Source: a virus
Taxonomy: Duplodnaviria > Caudoviricetes
Direction: 5' to 3' (one strand)
DNA length: 64,000 bases
IMG/VR virus record: IMGVR_UViG_3300029998_000597
Part shown: piece by piece, positions 1 through 9,591 of the stretch
Position numbering within the stretch: the first letter of the stretch is position 1
How the letters are laid out: the number at the start of each line of letters is the position of its first letter
Made by a program: the position numbers and the translations under genes
The notes under the pieces: model-generated
Databases searched by the model: none
Seen by the model: only the letters and a program-made list of their open reading frames with translations
What the model was told of the DNA's origin: nothing

Positions 1-1299
1 ATTAAACCATTATCAGATATTGTAAAATCAATATTTATTAGTACTACTACAGTAGATGCTGGTGATACATTTCAAAAGATTGATGGTATAGATAAATTTG
101 GAGCTGGATGGGAATTTACAAAACAGACAATTCTTATATCAGATGGTGCAAATTGGTGGACTATTTCAGATGCTAGTAATCTTATAATACCTAAACAATT
201 AGAGGGTACTAATTATATAGTCGTGTATGGGAAAGGAACTCCTACAGAAAATGGTTTAGAATTACAGGCTGCTTATGATGATGCTAAAAAGCTTCCGAGA
301 TATTTAGGTACTCTTATAAGTCAACCTGGAAATTATTATAAAGGACAAACATTTTTTCATGGTGGAGCTGAGGAATATAGAAGAGTATTAATAGATTTAA
401 TTAATTCTACATACCCTCCTAATGTAGAAGGTTACTTTGAAATAATTACTGAAGCACAAGCAAAAGCTCTTCCTCATATAAATGTTATTGTAGCTCCTGG
501 TACTTATAATATGGAGAGTATTCCATTACAACTTTCTGCAGAATCTATTAATTTAGTGTCATTAACAGGTAATTCTGATGTAGTAATAGACCTAATGGGT
601 GTTGATATAAATGTTAATGATATTTATGTAAAAGGAATATATTTTGCAGGAGCAGTTAATTTATCATCAATACATGATAAACTTATTCTTGAAAATTGTG
701 AAAGTGCTGGTTCCATAGGACCTAGCTCATTCCAAGGATTAGCTATAAATTGTATAGGTAGTCAAGATTCTTTTGGAGCAGATTATGGTACACTAACAGG
801 AACATTGAGGGGATGTACACTTAGGTCGGGAACATTTATAACTCCAACAGGAAATGGTAAAATTATAGATTGTATTGATGGTAATAATAATCTAATAAAT
901 TATCCTGCTATTGGAGGAGTGTCTTTTAAATATACTAAAGAAACATTACTTGCAGCAATAGCAGCAGGAGTTAATGTTATGGGCGAGAATTTAGTCGGAT
1001 TAATACTAGACAACTCTAATTTAGATGGTGCTGATTTAACTGGTATAAATTTAATTGGTGGTACCTTAGAAAATGCAAGTTTGATTGGAACTATATTAAT
1101 TGGTGCTCATTTATCGCCAGGTGTTATAATGGGGGCGAAACTTAATGGTGCGATTTTAACTGGTGTTATTGGATTAAATTCCTCTATAGATGTTGCACTT
1201 TTAAATACAGTGAAAGTTAGCAATGTTACTAACGTAACTTGGACTGATGGATTTCCATACACATACAATGGTACAACCTGGACACAAGACGTTGCATAA
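1..1299 (+). CDS. Tail-fibre/collar-like virion protein, 5'-truncated by the window edge, with C-terminal pentapeptide repeats
   Basis: Frame 1 is open from base 1 (IKPLSDIVKS...ISDGANWWTIS...NYIVVYGKGTPTENG), so the ORF-track start at 223 is internal. C-terminal A(D/N)LxxA-type pentapeptides (NLDGADLTGINLIGGTLENASLIGTILIGAHL). Lies directly upstream of neck/tail genes. Confidence 0.6.
   Translation: MKPLSDIVKSIFISTTTVDAGDTFQKIDGIDKFGAGWEFTKQTILISDGANWWTISDASNLIIPKQLEGTNYIVVYGKGTPTENGLELQAAYDDAKKLPRYLGTLISQPGNYYKGQTFFHGGAEEYRRVLIDLINSTYPPNVEGYFEIITEAQAKALPHINVIVAPGTYNMESIPLQLSAESINLVSLTGNSDVVIDLMGVDINVNDIYVKGIYFAGAVNLSSIHDKLILENCESAGSIGPSSFQGLAINCIGSQDSFGADYGTLTGTLRGCTLRSGTFITPTGNGKIIDCIDGNNNLINYPAIGGVSFKYTKETLLAAIAAGVNVMGENLVGLILDNSNLDGADLTGINLIGGTLENASLIGTILIGAHLSPGVIMGAKLNGAILTGVIGLNSSIDVALLNTVKVSNVTNVTWTDGFPYTYNGTTWTQDVA
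982..1175 (+). repeat. Pentapeptide-repeat coding segment
   Basis: Five-residue periodicity with L/I at the central position: NSNLD GADLT GINLI GGTLE NASLI GTILI GAHLS...GAKLN GAILT. Confidence 0.8.
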
Positions 1300-1301
1300 T
1301 C

Positions 1302-3992
1302 ATGGAACAAGCAATTATAAATATCGAGGATGATCTGATTGATGGCAAATCTCTTGTTAAAAGAGATGAGCTGAACGCTTATGAACCTAAACACGTAGGT
1401 CCTGACCCCGTACACCCAGGTATAATCACGACTATTGTAACGGAATTCAATCTCACACTCCGTAAAGTAAATACAGTTTATAAAAATGGATGGATTCAGA
1501 TATCACATACTTCACAATTAAATACAGGAAAAGAAGTAACAGATGTAACGCTCAGGGTTAATTCTATTACTGGAACTAAAACCCTTGAGCCTGTAATTAA
1601 TTATCCATCAGCTGAAACATGGAACGGACAACCTTATGTGGGTTTTTTGCTTAAAGATTCTGACGGATTACTTTCTGAAACAAATGATTGGGACATTGCA
1701 ACTTTATCGTACAACATAAAAACAAATAATGACACCAATCCCAAGTACGACGGAACTAAACAGGTTTTAGGAAATGGTGTTATTTCAGACCATAACAGTA
1801 TTGTAGATACGGCACACTCAAACTGGACACTGCATGCATGGTGGGATACAGTATATCCTGAATTTAAAGGAGTAAGGATTCAATCCGAACAAAATGTTCT
1901 TACTAATTATGGAGGAGTAGCACCAAACTTTACTCCAACACTCGCAACTAAAACAGGATGTGAGCTTATTTTACGTCCATATACAGGAGCTTCGTATAGT
2001 GAAAATCCTGGTTCTAATGCCAATCTTTTTACCGTTGGTGCACATGGTGGAAATCTGTACAATGGTGAAACAGTTGGAGCGAGAAAAAATAACGGGTTTG
2101 TCCCTGATACTGATTTAAGTGAGAATTACAGGCCTGAATTTTTCTTTGATAACTTAGTATTAGTTAGTGCATGTAAAGAGGAAGGAACTACCTTAGAACA
2201 AGCCCCTACTCAATGGAACTCTACTCATGGATATGGATGTGAATTTTATGAGAAATTAAATCAACAAAGCCCTACAACTGCTGTAGTGGGTGCTAAAATG
2301 AAAAAGATTAAAGACTTGACAGGCTGTAATTGGTCAATAGTTAGATTAGCATGTAGAAAGACTGCGAGCACAACTACAATGGCTGTAATAGATGATAAAA
2401 AGATATATACCTACCATTGGAATCAGTACATGGGTTTCGGGATTATTGATGTAGATGCTGCAATTGCGTATATAAATGAGAATTATAAATCACAAGCCTA
2501 TCGTGATATGCTTGCTGATGATTTAGAGGGAAACAGAGGACTTGCAAGCGAATTACAATACGAAGATTTGCTTCCAAATTCTCCTGTTGCAAAACGGATG
2601 ATTGAGGATAAACTTTCAAATGTTGATTTCCTGAATTTTCCTGTTGTGAACCCTACAATTATAGGCGGGATTTCTATTTCAGAGAATACTGTACCGTTTA
2701 AAGTTGTTGCCGATAAAACGATTGGATTTAAAACTATTGATGGAGCGGTTAAATATGGATTAGAAGTTAGTCCTGAGGTTTTGGTTGGTGGTACGATGTT
2801 GAGTATTCCAAAGAGTGCAAAAAGTTTGGCGGTAGGATATCCAGTAGGAGAGAATTTGGTTCCAAATAGTTTAATAAATCAAACATTCAGTGGCGATTCA
2901 ACTACTAATGCATCAAGAATTATAAATCTGATAGCTGGAAAAACTTACACGCTTAGTGTTAATTTGAAGTTATCCAACATAGGTTCAAGTGTAGATATAT
3001 ATCTTCATAATAACGATTGGACATTCTCACTGAATATAAGCTATAGAACAGAGATTGTTGATACTATTAAAACAATAGCAGTTAGCGTTCCGACAACAGG
3101 GGTTTATAATTTAGATGATTTTGTCATCTCAGGAAGTAATACTCTAAATTGGTATAAGCTTGAGGAGGGTTCTGTTGCGACCCCTAATATATTAGACGTA
3201 AACTCAAAAACACTCGGAATTTCAGGCTCTTTAAATTTATCTGAATTAAAAGAACTGGAAACTTTAAACGTTGCGAATAACGCAATTACCGAGGTATCGG
3301 TCGATAATTCGAAAGGATTAAAAACTATGGATGTAAGTAATACGGATGTAGAATCATTGAAACTTATTAATCTAAAGGATTTTACTTATTTAAATGCAAA
3401 TAGATGTACTAAATTAATTACTCTGTTTTGCGATTATGGGAATATATCATCCCTACTATTAAGTGGATGTATTAAACTATCTCAGCTAGTTTGTAAATTC
3501 AATAAGATAACTAGTTTAGATTTATCTGACTCAGCTCTGCTTACTCAAATTTACGCTAATAATAATAATCTTACTGATTTCTCACTTGTCGGATTATCAT
3601 CCCTTAGAGAGCTTTATTTAGATTTCAATTTACTAACTACTTTAGAGAAGCCAAATTCGACTATTCAATATCTTACTGCTTCGAGTAATCAGTTAGTAAC
3701 GCAGGATTTAAGTGGATTAAATCAATTAGTTGTTGCTGATTTTAGAAGTAATTTACTTACTTCGGTGGATGTAGCAGGATGTAGCTCTTTAACGGCTTTA
3801 AGATTGCAAAACAACTTGCTTTCTAAGGTCGAAATTGAAAGCATCATTGCACAGGTTACGGCAAGTGTAGGAAATAATACTAATGTGGACTACCCTAACA
3901 GATTGGAATTTATAGGTAATCCTGGATCTGTAGAGATGATAGAAACCGATTACGAGTTACATAACACCAAAGGGTGGATAATAAGTTTTTAA
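1302..3992 (+). CDS. Mosaic fibre-like protein: subtilase(S8)-like domain, phage tail-fibre module and leucine-rich repeats
   Basis: Candidate D/H/N/S residues in subtilase order (GVISD, TAHS, GAHGGN, QQSPTTAVVGA) plus the RKTAS...GFGIIDVDAA tail. NLVPNS...WYKLEEGSVATP module. C-terminal LxxLxxxxNxLxxL repeats. Confidence 0.6.
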   Translation: MEQAIINIEDDLIDGKSLVKRDELNAYEPKHVGPDPVHPGIITTIVTEFNLTLRKVNTVYKNGWIQISHTSQLNTGKEVTDVTLRVNSITGTKTLEPVINYPSAETWNGQPYVGFLLKDSDGLLSETNDWDIATLSYNIKTNNDTNPKYDGTKQVLGNGVISDHNSIVDTAHSNWTLHAWWDTVYPEFKGVRIQSEQNVLTNYGGVAPNFTPTLATKTGCELILRPYTGASYSENPGSNANLFTVGAHGGNLYNGETVGARKNNGFVPDTDLSENYRPEFFFDNLVLVSACKEEGTTLEQAPTQWNSTHGYGCEFYEKLNQQSPTTAVVGAKMKKIKDLTGCNWSIVRLACRKTASTTTMAVIDDKKIYTYHWNQYMGFGIIDVDAAIAYINENYKSQAYRDMLADDLEGNRGLASELQYEDLLPNSPVAKRMIEDKLSNVDFLNFPVVNPTIIGGISISENTVPFKVVADKTIGFKTIDGAVKYGLEVSPEVLVGGTMLSIPKSAKSLAVGYPVGENLVPNSLINQTFSGDSTTNASRIINLIAGKTYTLSVNLKLSNIGSSVDIYLHNNDWTFSLNISYRTEIVDTIKTIAVSVPTTGVYNLDDFVISGSNTLNWYKLEEGSVATPNILDVNSKTLGISGSLNLSELKELETLNVANNAITEVSVDNSKGLKTMDVSNTDVESLKLINLKDFTYLNANRCTKLITLFCDYGNISSLLLSGCIKLSQLVCKFNKITSLDLSDSALLTQIYANNNNLTDFSLVGLSSLRELYLDFNLLTTLEKPNSTIQYLTASSNQLVTQDLSGLNQLVVADFRSNLLTSVDVAGCSSLTALRLQNNLLSKVEIESIIAQVTASVGNNTNVDYPNRLEFIGNPGSVEMIETDYELHNTKGWIISF
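3230..3880 (+). repeat. Leucine-rich repeat array, about 21-22 aa per unit
   Basis: LETLNVANNAITEV, LSQLVCKFNKITSL, LTQIYANNNNLTDF, LRELYLDFNLLTTL, IQYLTASSNQLVTQ, LVVADFRSNLLTSV, LTALRLQNNLLSKV. Confidence 0.85.
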
Positions 3993-3999
3993 ATATATT

Positions 4000-4512
4000 A
4001 TGAAACATAAAAAAATTACACGTAATAGTCTTTTTTATTCTGAGTCTGATTTTTTATTTGATTCTGAAATGGGTGAAAACTATTTCAAGCAAGATATAAA
4101 TCAAACTATTACTTTGTTTAAAATAGATAGAGTTAAAACTGTATCTAGTAGGTGGGGTGAAACAACATCTGAGGGGGTTGTTTATAAGGAACCTGTTGAA
4201 TTGGTATGTCGTTATTTAATTGATAAAGCAAAAAATAAATCACACGATGGAACACAAAATTTAGGTCATTTTCAACAAATTGGTAATCTTAAAATAGATA
4301 TTTATATTAAAACATTGAAGGATAAAAATGTTGATATAGAATATGGTGATTACATTGGTGTTCAAATAACATCTGATCAAATGGAATATTTTGTTGTAAC
4401 GCAGGATGGTAGAACTGATTTTGATAATTTTCATACATTGTTTGGTACGCAATTACTTTATAAAACAATACTTTGTTCACCAGTCGATAAAAAAGAATTT
4501 TTAGGTAAATAA
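4000..4512 (+). CDS. Neck/head-closure protein (T4 gp14-like)
   Basis: 170 aa, upstream of the tail terminator and sheath. Y+EPVEL, GNLKIDIY...L...VDIEYGDYIG and YFVVT pattern typical of head-tail connectors. Confidence 0.6.
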   Translation: MKHKKITRNSLFYSESDFLFDSEMGENYFKQDINQTITLFKIDRVKTVSSRWGETTSEGVVYKEPVELVCRYLIDKAKNKSHDGTQNLGHFQQIGNLKIDIYIKTLKDKNVDIEYGDYIGVQITSDQMEYFVVTQDGRTDFDNFHTLFGTQLLYKTILCSPVDKKEFLGK

Positions 4513-4513
4513 A

Positions 4514-5530
4514 ATGGGAAACATAAACTTTAATAAGTTAGAATTACTGAAACCGAAAATAGGGTTAGACAGAATAGATCAAATAAACCAAAAATTATTT
4601 GTTAATGGGAATATTTTACCAAAACCAGTAACACATAATGAAATTCACGATGATGTAATCCGATTTGTATCAGATGATCTCGCTGTTACTTATGATGGCG
4701 TTAAAGTTCCATCATTTTATTTGAATCAACAACGTTTTTCTGAATTCACAAAAACATGGGAATATGTAGATGAAAATAAAAATATTCAATCAAACTTTAT
4801 TATTATAACAAGAGAAAATAACCCGAAGAAAGGAACACAACAGCAAGATTATTGTAATATTCCTGGGAATTCTTTTTATACTATTGGTACGTCTGATAAA
4901 TGGGATGGTAATAAAAATATCACAATTTCATATAAAATGCGCCAGCCATATACGATTGATTTCATATATAATATTAAGGTAATTTCTAATAAGCTTGACT
5001 TGATTAATACGGTTAATAATAAATTTAACGATATGTTTAAATCAAAACAAGCTTACATATACCCAAATGGTCATTACATGCCTGTTGAACTTGAAGATAT
5101 AACAGATGATAGTGATTATGAATTGGATGAAAGAAAAGTTTTTATTCAGACTTTTCAATTGTTAGTAAAAGGATATATTATAAATGAATCAGATTTATTA
5201 ATCGAGGAGAACATATGTGCCAAGTTAGTTGGATTTGAAATAGAAAATAAAATATATCAAAATATTATAGGTGATTCAAATGAAAATCTAATAGTAGAAT
5301 TTCCAATTAATTCAAAAAATATAAATCGATTAAAATCTTCTACTTATTATACAGTTAAACATATAACAACAAATAACATAGAGAGTTATACAATTAAAAT
5401 TAATGGAGTTTTTGCTGGTCCTATTTTTGACCTGAATAAATATGATAAAATAGAAGTTAAAATTAATAAGATTGATGATTCTAAGATTTCTAAAATTATA
5501 TTCTCCACCAAAATTCCTGCTTCTTACTAA
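4514..5530 (+). CDS. Tail terminator/completion protein (T4 gp15-like)
   Basis: Sits between neck and sheath genes. QPYTIDFIYNIKVIS...PVELEDITDDSDYE...RKVFIQTFQLLVKGY pattern. Confidence 0.6.
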   Translation: MGNINFNKLELLKPKIGLDRIDQINQKLFVNGNILPKPVTHNEIHDDVIRFVSDDLAVTYDGVKVPSFYLNQQRFSEFTKTWEYVDENKNIQSNFIIITRENNPKKGTQQQDYCNIPGNSFYTIGTSDKWDGNKNITISYKMRQPYTIDFIYNIKVISNKLDLINTVNNKFNDMFKSKQAYIYPNGHYMPVELEDITDDSDYELDERKVFIQTFQLLVKGYIINESDLLIEENICAKLVGFEIENKIYQNIIGDSNENLIVEFPINSKNINRLKSSTYYTVKHITTNNIESYTIKINGVFAGPIFDLNKYDKIEVKINKIDDSKISKIIFSTKIPASY

Positions 5531-5594
5531 ATTTATGTTTTAAAATATTATTAAAATAAATTATGTAATTTATTATTTTTTATTATTTTTTAAG

Positions 5595-5602
5595 TATTTA
5601 TA
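5595..5602 (+). promoter_or_regulatory. Putative late promoter TATTTATA upstream of the sheath gene
   Basis: Same octamer at 9668, 9985, 10990, 13190, 26535, 39466, 57592, 58071, 58123 and 58857, all in intergenic gaps before structural-type genes. Confidence 0.55.
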
Positions 5603-5636
5603 TTAAAATAAATATTTTAAAAATAAATTAATAAAA

Positions 5637-8171
5637 ATGGCAACTAACGCAAGAGGAACGAATACAGCTCCAGATATTTATACAAGGGAGATGAGTTTAC
5701 CATATTCAGTTAAATCGTTGGGTATTACTACTCTTGGTTTAGTTGGTGAAACACAAATTGGACCAGCATTTCAACCTGTGTCTATCTCAGATTGGACTGA
5801 ATTTAATAATTTTTTTGGTGGTACGAATACTGAAAAATATAGTAATGGATATCCTCGTTATGAATTACCTTATATAGCAAAATCATATTTGACTGAATCA
5901 AGTCAATTATACGTAACTAGAGTTCTTGGACTTAGTGGTTTTGAATATAGTGGTCTTTGGACTTTATATAATGATGATGCCACAAATGGTGAAACAGCGT
6001 CTAATCCTATTAGTCCTAATACTGTTATTGCCACTTTAAGGTCAAAAGCGATATATAATGGGGCAGATGAATTAGTTCCATCTGTTACAGGTATCACAAT
6101 ACAAGAGGGTGTTTCTATTACTGGTAATACAACGGATTTTCAAATATTAGCTTATATTAATAGTGGATCAACGGAAACATATAACGTATCATTAGACCCA
6201 AATAAAAAAAATTACATATTGAATGTTCTTGGTAATTCACCTGTTGGGTCTAGTAATGCCAAAATATTTGTTGAAGAAATGTTTGAAGTTGCATTGAAAG
6301 GTTTGATTGACCCTGTAACAAATAATGGTAAATTTTATAATGGAACTACTATTATGATGTCTTTAAAAGATAATGACCATAATAACTATCATAGTACATA
6401 TTCTGGTGCAAAAACACCTTGGTTTGTTTCTGAATTAAAAGGAGGTTTAATTATACCACTTTTTAGATTCTTCACTATTTCCGATGGTGAAAATGCTAAT
6501 AATATGTTTAAAATTAGTATTACTAATATTGATGTTGATGTACTAACATTTAATGTTTTAGTTCGTGGAATTAATGATACCGATGCTAATCCAAATATTT
6601 TAGAAACATTTAGTAATTGTTCATTGGATATTAAAAGCGGTAATAATTATATTGGTGCTAAAATTGGAACAAATGATGGTGTATTTACAAATAAATCGAA
6701 ATATATTATTATTGATATTGATGATAATCCTCTGGTTGCACAATCTGTACCAATGGGATTTACAGGGTATGAAGTTAAAAAAATAGGCGATTATACATGT
6801 TCTAAAATCATTTATAATACATTGTTTAATGATGCGGTAAAAATTAAAAAACAATATTTTGGGTTAAGTAATTTAACTGGTGTCGATAGTGATTTTTTCA
6901 AATTTAATGGTATTGACCCTGTAAGTTTAAATATAACAGATGGCTTCCATTTGGAGAGTGGTGCTTCTAATGTTACAGGTGTTACAGGTGTAGGTACTAT
7001 TAATTTTCAAACTATTCAGACTGGTGAAACTGAGGATTTAGTTCTTTCAGATATAAATTTAAGAAAATTTACCACTTATTTTTATGGTGGTTTTGATGGT
7101 TGGGATATTTTTCGAGATAATAGAACAACTACTAATAATTACCAATATAATCAATTTAATAGAAATCACTTGAATCAAATTGGTGTAGATGCATATTCTG
7201 GAAAACAATTCTATAAATTTGGTGGTTCAGATTTAGATTCAAAGCTTGGTATCCCTAATATAACTGAAACATACGGATTAACTTCTGATTTTTATGCATT
7301 TTGGTCTGCTATTAGAACATTTTCAAATCCAGAGGCGGCTGATATTAATGTTTTTGCTACCCCTGGTATTGATACTATTAATAATAGCATATTGGTTAAT
7401 GAAGTTTTAGATATGATTGAAACAGAAAGAAAAGATTCAATATATATCGTAACAACCCCTGATAAACCAATAGGAACGTTTGATGATGCTAAATCTTCAA
7501 TGTATTCCGTTAATGATATTGTAAATGCTTTTTCAGATACTGGAATTGATTCAAGTTATGCTGCAACTTATTTTCCTTGGATTCAATATTTTGACAAGGA
7601 CAACTCACAATATATCTATCTTTCACCAACAAAAGATGTTGTTAGAAATATAGCAATGACGGATAATACAGCTGCAGCTTGGATTGCACCTGCTGGTATG
7701 TCTCGTGGTATTGTTGATTGTATTAAGGCTAAAAAGAACTTAGTAATTGGGGAACTTAATAAATTATCATCTAGTAGAATTAACGCTCTTAGGACTTTCT
7801 CTGTTGAGGGTGTTAGAGTATTTAAACAAGATACATTACAAATTAATGAAGCACAATTAAATAAAGTTGGTGTTAGACGTTTAATGTTATTTCTTCGTAA
7901 ATCTATTCGTAGAGGTAATTTACCTTTGATTTTTGAACCAGAAGATAATACAACTAAAAATAAATTTTTAGAAATAGTTAACCCTATACTAACTGCTGTT
8001 AAAAGTGGTCGTGGAATCTCAGATTCTTTTATTAAAATAGATGACTCTGTTGAAGCAAAATTAAAACATGAAATGAATGTTCAGATTGGAGTAAAACCAA
8101 TTGGAGCTCTTGAATTTATTAATATTGACTTTATTATAGCCGATGATGGATTTGATTTTAAATCACTTTAA
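5637..8171 (+). CDS. Contractile tail sheath protein (T4 gp18-like)
   Basis: N-terminal PDIYTRE...LGLVGETQIGPAFQP and C-terminal INVFATPG...YAATYFPW...WIAPAGMSRG...VRRL...IFEP...VKPIGALEFINIDF sheath motifs. Confidence 0.93.
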   Translation: MATNARGTNTAPDIYTREMSLPYSVKSLGITTLGLVGETQIGPAFQPVSISDWTEFNNFFGGTNTEKYSNGYPRYELPYIAKSYLTESSQLYVTRVLGLSGFEYSGLWTLYNDDATNGETASNPISPNTVIATLRSKAIYNGADELVPSVTGITIQEGVSITGNTTDFQILAYINSGSTETYNVSLDPNKKNYILNVLGNSPVGSSNAKIFVEEMFEVALKGLIDPVTNNGKFYNGTTIMMSLKDNDHNNYHSTYSGAKTPWFVSELKGGLIIPLFRFFTISDGENANNMFKISITNIDVDVLTFNVLVRGINDTDANPNILETFSNCSLDIKSGNNYIGAKIGTNDGVFTNKSKYIIIDIDDNPLVAQSVPMGFTGYEVKKIGDYTCSKIIYNTLFNDAVKIKKQYFGLSNLTGVDSDFFKFNGIDPVSLNITDGFHLESGASNVTGVTGVGTINFQTIQTGETEDLVLSDINLRKFTTYFYGGFDGWDIFRDNRTTTNNYQYNQFNRNHLNQIGVDAYSGKQFYKFGGSDLDSKLGIPNITETYGLTSDFYAFWSAIRTFSNPEAADINVFATPGIDTINNSILVNEVLDMIETERKDSIYIVTTPDKPIGTFDDAKSSMYSVNDIVNAFSDTGIDSSYAATYFPWIQYFDKDNSQYIYLSPTKDVVRNIAMTDNTAAAWIAPAGMSRGIVDCIKAKKNLVIGELNKLSSSRINALRTFSVEGVRVFKQDTLQINEAQLNKVGVRRLMLFLRKSIRRGNLPLIFEPEDNTTKNKFLEIVNPILTAVKSGRGISDSFIKIDDSVEAKLKHEMNVQIGVKPIGALEFINIDFIIADDGFDFKSL

Positions 8172-8182
8172 CAAATAAATCA

Positions 8183-8225
8183 AAAATCCCCGTTAGAAAC
8201 CAATCTAACGGGGATTTTCTTTTCT
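8183..8225. terminator. Bidirectional intrinsic terminator between convergent sheath and minus-strand genes
   Basis: 15-bp perfect stem aaaatccccgttaga / tctaacggggatttt, loop aaccaa, A and T runs on the flanks. Confidence 0.85.
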
Positions 8226-8255
8226 GAACTTCGAGAGAGGTTGACAGTTTTATTG

Positions 8256-8438
8256 TTAACTAAAAAACACATTAAAAAATCCACCCCAATAAAGAATTGC
8301 GGCTGTGATTATAATACTGGCACTTGTTGTGTAAATATTATATTTTTGACCAATTTCTGGTCGTGGTTTACCATGTCTTAAAGATGTTATAATTAAATTA
8401 AATAACCATAGTACTAAAGTGATTATCTGTGGAGTCAT
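8256..8438 (-). CDS. Small two-TM membrane protein
   Basis: 60 aa with two hydrophobic stretches (QIITLVLWLFNLII; ASIIITAAILYWGGFF). Abuts the upstream ORF. Confidence 0.7.
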   Translation of the reverse strand: MTPQIITLVLWLFNLIITSLRHGKPRPEIGQKYNIYTTSASIIITAAILYWGGFFNVFFS

Positions 8439-8444
8439 AGTTAT

Positions 8445-8594
8445 TTATATTTCTAAATCTTTAAATATTAATAACACTAACGTTAGATCTATCCCGAATT
8501 CCCATAATTTACTTGCTTGGTAAGCAATAGCTGCATCTCTAAAGCATAAAATTATTACCAACACACATATTATATTCCATATAAATTTCCACAT
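8445..8594 (-). CDS. Small hydrophobic protein, 49 aa, not in the ORF track
   Basis: Manual translation MWKFIWNIICVLVIILCFRDAAIAYQASKLWEFGIDLTLVLLIFKDLEI*. Fills the gap between the 8600 and 8438 ORFs with 5-6 nt spacing. Confidence 0.6.
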   Translation of the reverse strand: MWKFIWNIICVLVIILCFRDAAIAYQASKLWEFGIDLTLVLLIFKDLEI

Positions 8595-8599
8595 ATTAT

Positions 8600-8968
8600 T
8601 TATTTTTCTGAATATTTCCAATCTATTTTGTAATTTATTGTTGAATAAATTCCTGGTTTTAACCCTACACCAATAAATTGTACTAATAAACTCATTATAA
8701 ATTCAATATTATCAACAAGATACATATGGTAAGATAACATTTCTGTCTCTGCTTCAAATCCAAATTTTTTACCATTGTAATCCGTTTCGGTTCCTGGTGT
8801 GAATTTATCCCATTTACCTAAAATAATAGCAAGATCTTCCATTAAATAATCTCCGCCATAAGGGCTGTATACATCTAATTCGATTTTATAATCGCCGACC
8901 TTAGTAAATTTAAAATTTTTTATTAATAAAATGTGCTCGTTTGTTAAATTTAATTTTATTTTTGACAT
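8600..8968 (-). CDS. Phage hypothetical protein
   Basis: 122-aa ORF in a tightly packed minus-strand operon. PYGG...EDLAIILG motif. Confidence 0.75.
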   Translation of the reverse strand: MSKIKLNLTNEHILLIKNFKFTKVGDYKIELDVYSPYGGDYLMEDLAIILGKWDKFTPGTETDYNGKKFGFEAETEMLSYHMYLVDNIEFIMSLLVQFIGVGLKPGIYSTINYKIDWKYSEK

Positions 8969-9183
8969 GTTTTAATTAATTTTATTATATTATTTTTATT
9001 AATTATTCTTGTATTTTCAAAACCATCTATTTTGACTTCAATAACATCTTCTATTTCCATTTTAGTAGGATTAAATAATTTATCAATAGAAATTATTTTA
9101 CCTTTTAATTCATTAAGATTGTTTTCTTTAAAGTTAATAGTTTTAATACTATCTCCTGTGTTAAAATAATTTTCCCCTATCAT
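8956..9183 (-). CDS. Hypothetical protein, possibly a small SH3/KOW-like beta-barrel
   Basis: FNTGDSIK...GKIISI...IEVKIDG pattern. Overlaps the next gene by 13 nt. Confidence 0.6.
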   Translation of the reverse strand: MIGENYFNTGDSIKTINFKENNLNELKGKIISIDKLFNPTKMEIEDVIEVKIDGFENTRIINKNNIIKLIKTCQK

Positions 9184-9184
9184 T

Positions 9185-9580
9185 TTACTCTAAAATTTTA
9201 ATATAACCACAAAAATTATTTTTATATTCCTTAACTAATTTTTTTGGTACATTTTTTATGTTTGTTAGTTCAACACATTCAAACTCGTTATTATTTTGAA
9301 TTGATATGTATTTAATAGTAAATATATCATCTCTATATATATAAATTATATTTTTTAATGTTTTTTTAAAAATAACTCTATATCTTAAGTCTAATATTTC
9401 ATTATTATAATGATCTAATTTTTCAAATTCATTCTGGTATTTCAGTGGGACTTCAATAGTATTTGCACCACCAATTAGTGTTTCGGAACATATCTTATTT
9501 GATATCTCCTTAATTATAATTAATAAATACAACTTTAAATCTTTATAATAAATCTCCTCATAAAATTTACAGTTTTTCAT
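9185..9580 (-). CDS. Hypothetical protein
   Basis: 131-aa ORF, first gene after the minus-strand host-type promoter. Confidence 0.65.
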   Translation of the reverse strand: MKNCKFYEEIYYKDLKLYLLIIIKEISNKICSETLIGGANTIEVPLKYQNEFEKLDHYNNEILDLRYRVIFKKTLKNIIYIYRDDIFTIKYISIQNNNEFECVELTNIKNVPKKLVKEYKNNFCGYIKILE

Positions 9581-9591
9581 GTTATTTTATA

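Noticed and set aside
982-1175. Qnr/MfpA-like gyrase-protecting DNA mimic
   Set aside because: The pentapeptide tract is short and fused to a fibre-like virion protein rather than being a stand-alone cytoplasmic protein.
1107-1415. Minus-strand ORF-track entries overlapping long + strand genes (e.g. 1107-1415, 4261-4452, 5903-6097, 11341-11658, 18260-18589, 34519-34821, 55165-55596, 58924-59223, 62284-62556, 63749-63985) and short alternative-frame + ORFs such as 31691-31873
   Set aside because: They are shadows of well-supported genes, with no promoter, motif or operon context.
6970-6992. gttacaggt tandem in the sheath gene
   Set aside because: It only encodes VTGVTGV, a trivial low-complexity linker.
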